Shown: in pieces, positions 41,548 to 43,985 of the stretch
How positions within the stretch are numbered: the first letter of the stretch is position 1
How the letters are laid out: each line of letters opens with the position of its first letter
Origin: a virus
DNA: 43,985 nucleotides
Reading direction: 5' to 3' (one strand)
IMG/VR virus record: IMGVR_UViG_3300043406_000109
Span: 1 to 43,985 of that record
Position numbers and translations under genes: made by a program
The notes under the pieces: generated by a model
The model's database searches: none
Seen by the model: the letters and a program-made list of their open reading frames with translations, nothing else
What the model was told of the DNA's origin: nothing

Positions 41548-43751
41548 TGGGCAAGCAACGCTCACAACGTGCCATTCTCGCCTTCAATGCCGGCGAGTGG
41601 TCCCCGCGGATGGAGGGCCGCGCGGATCTGGAACGCTCCCACCGCGCCGCGGCCACGCTGGAGAACGTGCTGGTGGAAACCTACGGCCGCGCGCGTGCCC
41701 GGCCCGGCCTCCAGTACATTGCCGGCGTGCGGATCCCGATTCCCCTCACCTACGTGAGCCGGGAGGGCGTGGCGCGCATGTACGGGATCACCGAGTTTGG
41801 CGATTTGTCGGATCCACCGAAGAAATACCTCGAACTTATTTCCAATCGCGCGGAGATCAACCGCAGCGGGGCCACGCCGGCCTTCAGCTACGTGCGCGCA
41901 CCGCAGTTGGTGCGGTTCACCACGTCCGGCACGAAAACCGTGCAACTCGCCGCGGACGCCGAACGGCCCGGAGTCTCGGGCATCGCCGCCAGTGACACGC
42001 TGGAATCGTTCGACTTCACCGGCGATTACACGGCCAAGCCACTGGACTGGACGAAGGCGAAGCGCCGGAAGTACACGACAGGCGCCGCGGCGCTCGCGGC
42101 GGGCGAGGCGGCCGTGGATTTCTCACTGCACACCGGCAACCAAGGGGACACGACGACGACGACCGGCGACACGCTGTTGCGGATCGCGTGGCCGGTGTGG
42201 AAAGGCACGTATTGGGAAATCACCGGCACACTTTCGTCCGCGGCCTCGGTTGGGACGCTGCGCATGGCGTTGCGCACGGGGAACGCGGATCCCGGCGACC
42301 CCGAGACGGCCGGCGTGTTGGTTTCGCCGGAAGGCGCATTCACCATCTACGTACCGCCGGATTCGTCCGTGCGGTTTTGGGTGCGCGCGTCGACGTGGGG
42401 CACCGAGTGGAACGGCTCCGCCTTCCCGCCCAACTTCGTCGAACTCTACCCGGCGCCGTGGTCCGTGGCGGGCATGGCGGACGCGGAATTGCCTATGTGG
42501 TTCTATTTCCCCGCCGGCACCGGTTACGCGGTCAACGACAAGATGGAGTTGGACGATGGCGTGCAACGCTACGAGGAACGCCTTGCGCTGGAGGATACGT
42601 TGACGGCCGCGATTCAGCGCGGCTCCGAGGGCGTCGACTGGATCGAAGGCGTGGAATCCGTGGCCACCACGATTTCGATCACCGGCGGAACCACGGCCGA
42701 ATCACACTCCCCGATGGATTGGGAGGGCCGCATCGTCACGGCCTCGCGCACGTTCACCGGTTTGACCGCGGGCAACCGCTACTCGGTGGACGTGCTCGTG
42801 CGCACCAACACGATTGGACTCACGGACTACGCTTTCGCCACCGAGTCTTTTGAGTTCGTGACCGGGGCGGCGTCCTATGCGTTCGACTACGAAACGATTG
42901 CGGCCGTGGGGCAGGACAAACGGGCGATGACGATGACGGCGACGGACCTTGGCGCGGATCCCGTGGCGCCGTCCGCGTTGGATCCGGACGTGATGCTGTG
43001 GTACGGCCGGATCCTTCAGGCCGGCGGCACGATCACCGGCGCGTCCCTGACCATCGCGAACGATCTCGTGTTGGCGCTCAAGGCGGCGTCATTGTGGGAT
43101 AAAATCACCTACCTGCTGCCGCTGTTGGGCGATTTCGCGGCCATCCTCGTTCCGCTCCGCGATCGCAACAACGAGGGCAACGCGACGAACACCGCATTCG
43201 TGGCCGGGGATTTCTCGGAGGCCACCGGGTTGCAGGGCAATGGATCGTCGAAGTACCTGATCTTTCCCTTTTCGCCCAACGACCTTGGCACCTCGCAAGT
43301 CGGCGGCCTGTTTTGGTGGGAACTCGGGTTCACCGGATCCGGCAACGTCGAACCGATCGGCTGTTACAACAACGCGGCGAACCGCCGGTTCGTGCTGGAT
43401 TTGCGGTCGACGCTGGAGGCGTTCCGGTGGGGCACCGCGGGCACCGATGCCGCGATCACGGCCGTGGCCGCCACGAGCAAATTCTACCACGGCGAACGAC
43501 GTTCATCGACCGACCGGGAGTTGTACCGCAATGGCGCGTCCATCGCCACGGATGCCGGCGCCGACTCCACCACGGGGATTGCCGACAACAACATCATCGC
43601 ATGGGGGAATGACCTTGGCGCGTCGATCGCGCCGTGGCCGGGCCGTGGTGGTTGTGCCGGATGCACGAACGGCACCATGTCCGACGCGGACGCGCTCGCC
43701 TTGTACGAAATCTTGCGCGATGAACTGATGACGCCCACCACACGAATCTGA
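41547..43751 (+). CDS. Nozzle-N-module fusion protein with a LamG/ConA-like C-terminal domain; probable tail spike/fibre (734 aa)
   Basis: N-terminus 'MGKQRSQRAILAFNAGEWSPRMEGRADLERSHRAAATLENVLVETYGRARARPGLQYIA'. The C-terminal about 250 aa ('...LVLALKAASLWDKI...GLQGNGSSKYL...FYHGERRS.TDRELYRNG...') resembles the Laminin_G_3-type domains of phage fibres (recollection). Confidence 0.65.
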   Translation: MGKQRSQRAILAFNAGEWSPRMEGRADLERSHRAAATLENVLVETYGRARARPGLQYIAGVRIPIPLTYVSREGVARMYGITEFGDLSDPPKKYLELISNRAEINRSGATPAFSYVRAPQLVRFTTSGTKTVQLAADAERPGVSGIAASDTLESFDFTGDYTAKPLDWTKAKRRKYTTGAAALAAGEAAVDFSLHTGNQGDTTTTTGDTLLRIAWPVWKGTYWEITGTLSSAASVGTLRMALRTGNADPGDPETAGVLVSPEGAFTIYVPPDSSVRFWVRASTWGTEWNGSAFPPNFVELYPAPWSVAGMADAELPMWFYFPAGTGYAVNDKMELDDGVQRYEERLALEDTLTAAIQRGSEGVDWIEGVESVATTISITGGTTAESHSPMDWEGRIVTASRTFTGLTAGNRYSVDVLVRTNTIGLTDYAFATESFEFVTGAASYAFDYETIAAVGQDKRAMTMTATDLGADPVAPSALDPDVMLWYGRILQAGGTITGASLTIANDLVLALKAASLWDKITYLLPLLGDFAAILVPLRDRNNEGNATNTAFVAGDFSEATGLQGNGSSKYLIFPFSPNDLGTSQVGGLFWWELGFTGSGNVEPIGCYNNAANRRFVLDLRSTLEAFRWGTAGTDAAITAVAATSKFYHGERRSSTDRELYRNGASIATDAGADSTTGIADNNIIAWGNDLGASIAPWPGRGGCAGCTNGTMSDADALALYEILRDELMTPTTRI

Positions 43752-43985
43752 TGACGCCCACCCTCCACCGTTTTCAGTATTCCACCACGACCACCTTCGC
43801 GCTGGAGTTAGGTTCGGACGATGGCGGCGGGTACATGCGGTTTTTTGCCGGCGGGCAGCCGATCCTGTCCGGGGGTGATCCGTACACGATCATCGCACCA
43901 TGGGCGGAGGCGGACTTGGCGGAAGTGCAGATGCACCAACTGCGCGACGTCGCGTACTTCACCCACGGGGATTATGAGACGTACA
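43751..43985 (+). CDS. 5' part of the junction-spanning nozzle / tail tubular protein B-like body gene (continues at base 128 of the window; 704 aa in total)
   Basis: ATG at 43751 overlaps the TGA of the upstream ORF (TGATG). Translation 'MTPTLHRFQYSTTTTFALELGSDDGGGYMRFFAGGQPILSGGDPYTIIAPWAEADL...' runs in frame into the 127-bp overlap and on into frame 1 at the window start. Confidence 0.75.
   Translation, partial: MTPTLHRFQYSTTTTFALELGSDDGGGYMRFFAGGQPILSGGDPYTIIAPWAEADLAEVQMHQLRDVAYFTHGDYETY
43859..43985. repeat. Terminal overlap, copy 2 (identical to 1-127)
   Basis: Same 127-bp string as the window start. Confidence 0.97.

Noticed and set aside
1-43985. CRISPR arrays, integrase/repressor lysogeny module, toxin-antitoxin pairs, reverse transcriptase/DGR (considered because the structural gene order resembles some DGR-bearing podoviruses).
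   Set aside because: There are no regularly spaced repeat-spacer arrays. The repeats found are isolated. No tyrosine or serine recombinase motifs and no RT 'YxDD' ORF were found.

Overview
The window is a complete, circularly closed, GC-rich (about 60-65% by eye) phage genome. Bases 1-127 are identical to 43859-43985, so the unique length is 43,858 bp, and one gene runs across the junction. There are two transcription arms. They diverge from a 934-bp non-coding region (22755-23688) and converge at about 9955-10127. The plus arm runs 23689 -> 43985 -> 1 -> 9954. It encodes small early proteins, a DXD glycosyltransferase-like protein, a terS-like protein, a tail fibre, an SGNH/SASA-type esterase, an FN3 secreted protein, small membrane proteins, terL, a T7-like portal, scaffold, major capsid, tail tubular A-like, nozzle-like and internal virion proteins, and a 1903-aa giant protein with an HExxH motif. 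The minus arm runs 22754 -> 10128. It encodes a DUF932-like protein, an SMC/SbcC-like ATPase, an SSB-like protein, a PolB-exo-like 3'-5' exonuclease, a second glycosyltransferase-like paralogue, a T7 gp4-like primase-helicase, HNH, SWIM and RusA-like proteins, and a promoter-gene-terminator cassette. I found no tRNA, CRISPR array, integrase, DNA polymerase, RNA polymerase or recognisable endolysin. The points I rank highest: (1) the nozzle gene is broken into three ORFs with a duplicated about 59-aa N-terminal module; (2) an iterated palindrome, GTACGATCGTAC with half-sites, plus an exact 20-mer shared by a coding and an intergenic site; (3) the repeat- and hairpin-rich 934-bp control region; (4) two divergent glycosyltransferase-like paralogues, one per arm; (5) the giant zincin-motif virion protein; (6) a lysis region with no recognisable muralytic enzyme. 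All family assignments come from motif recognition and memory, not from searches.
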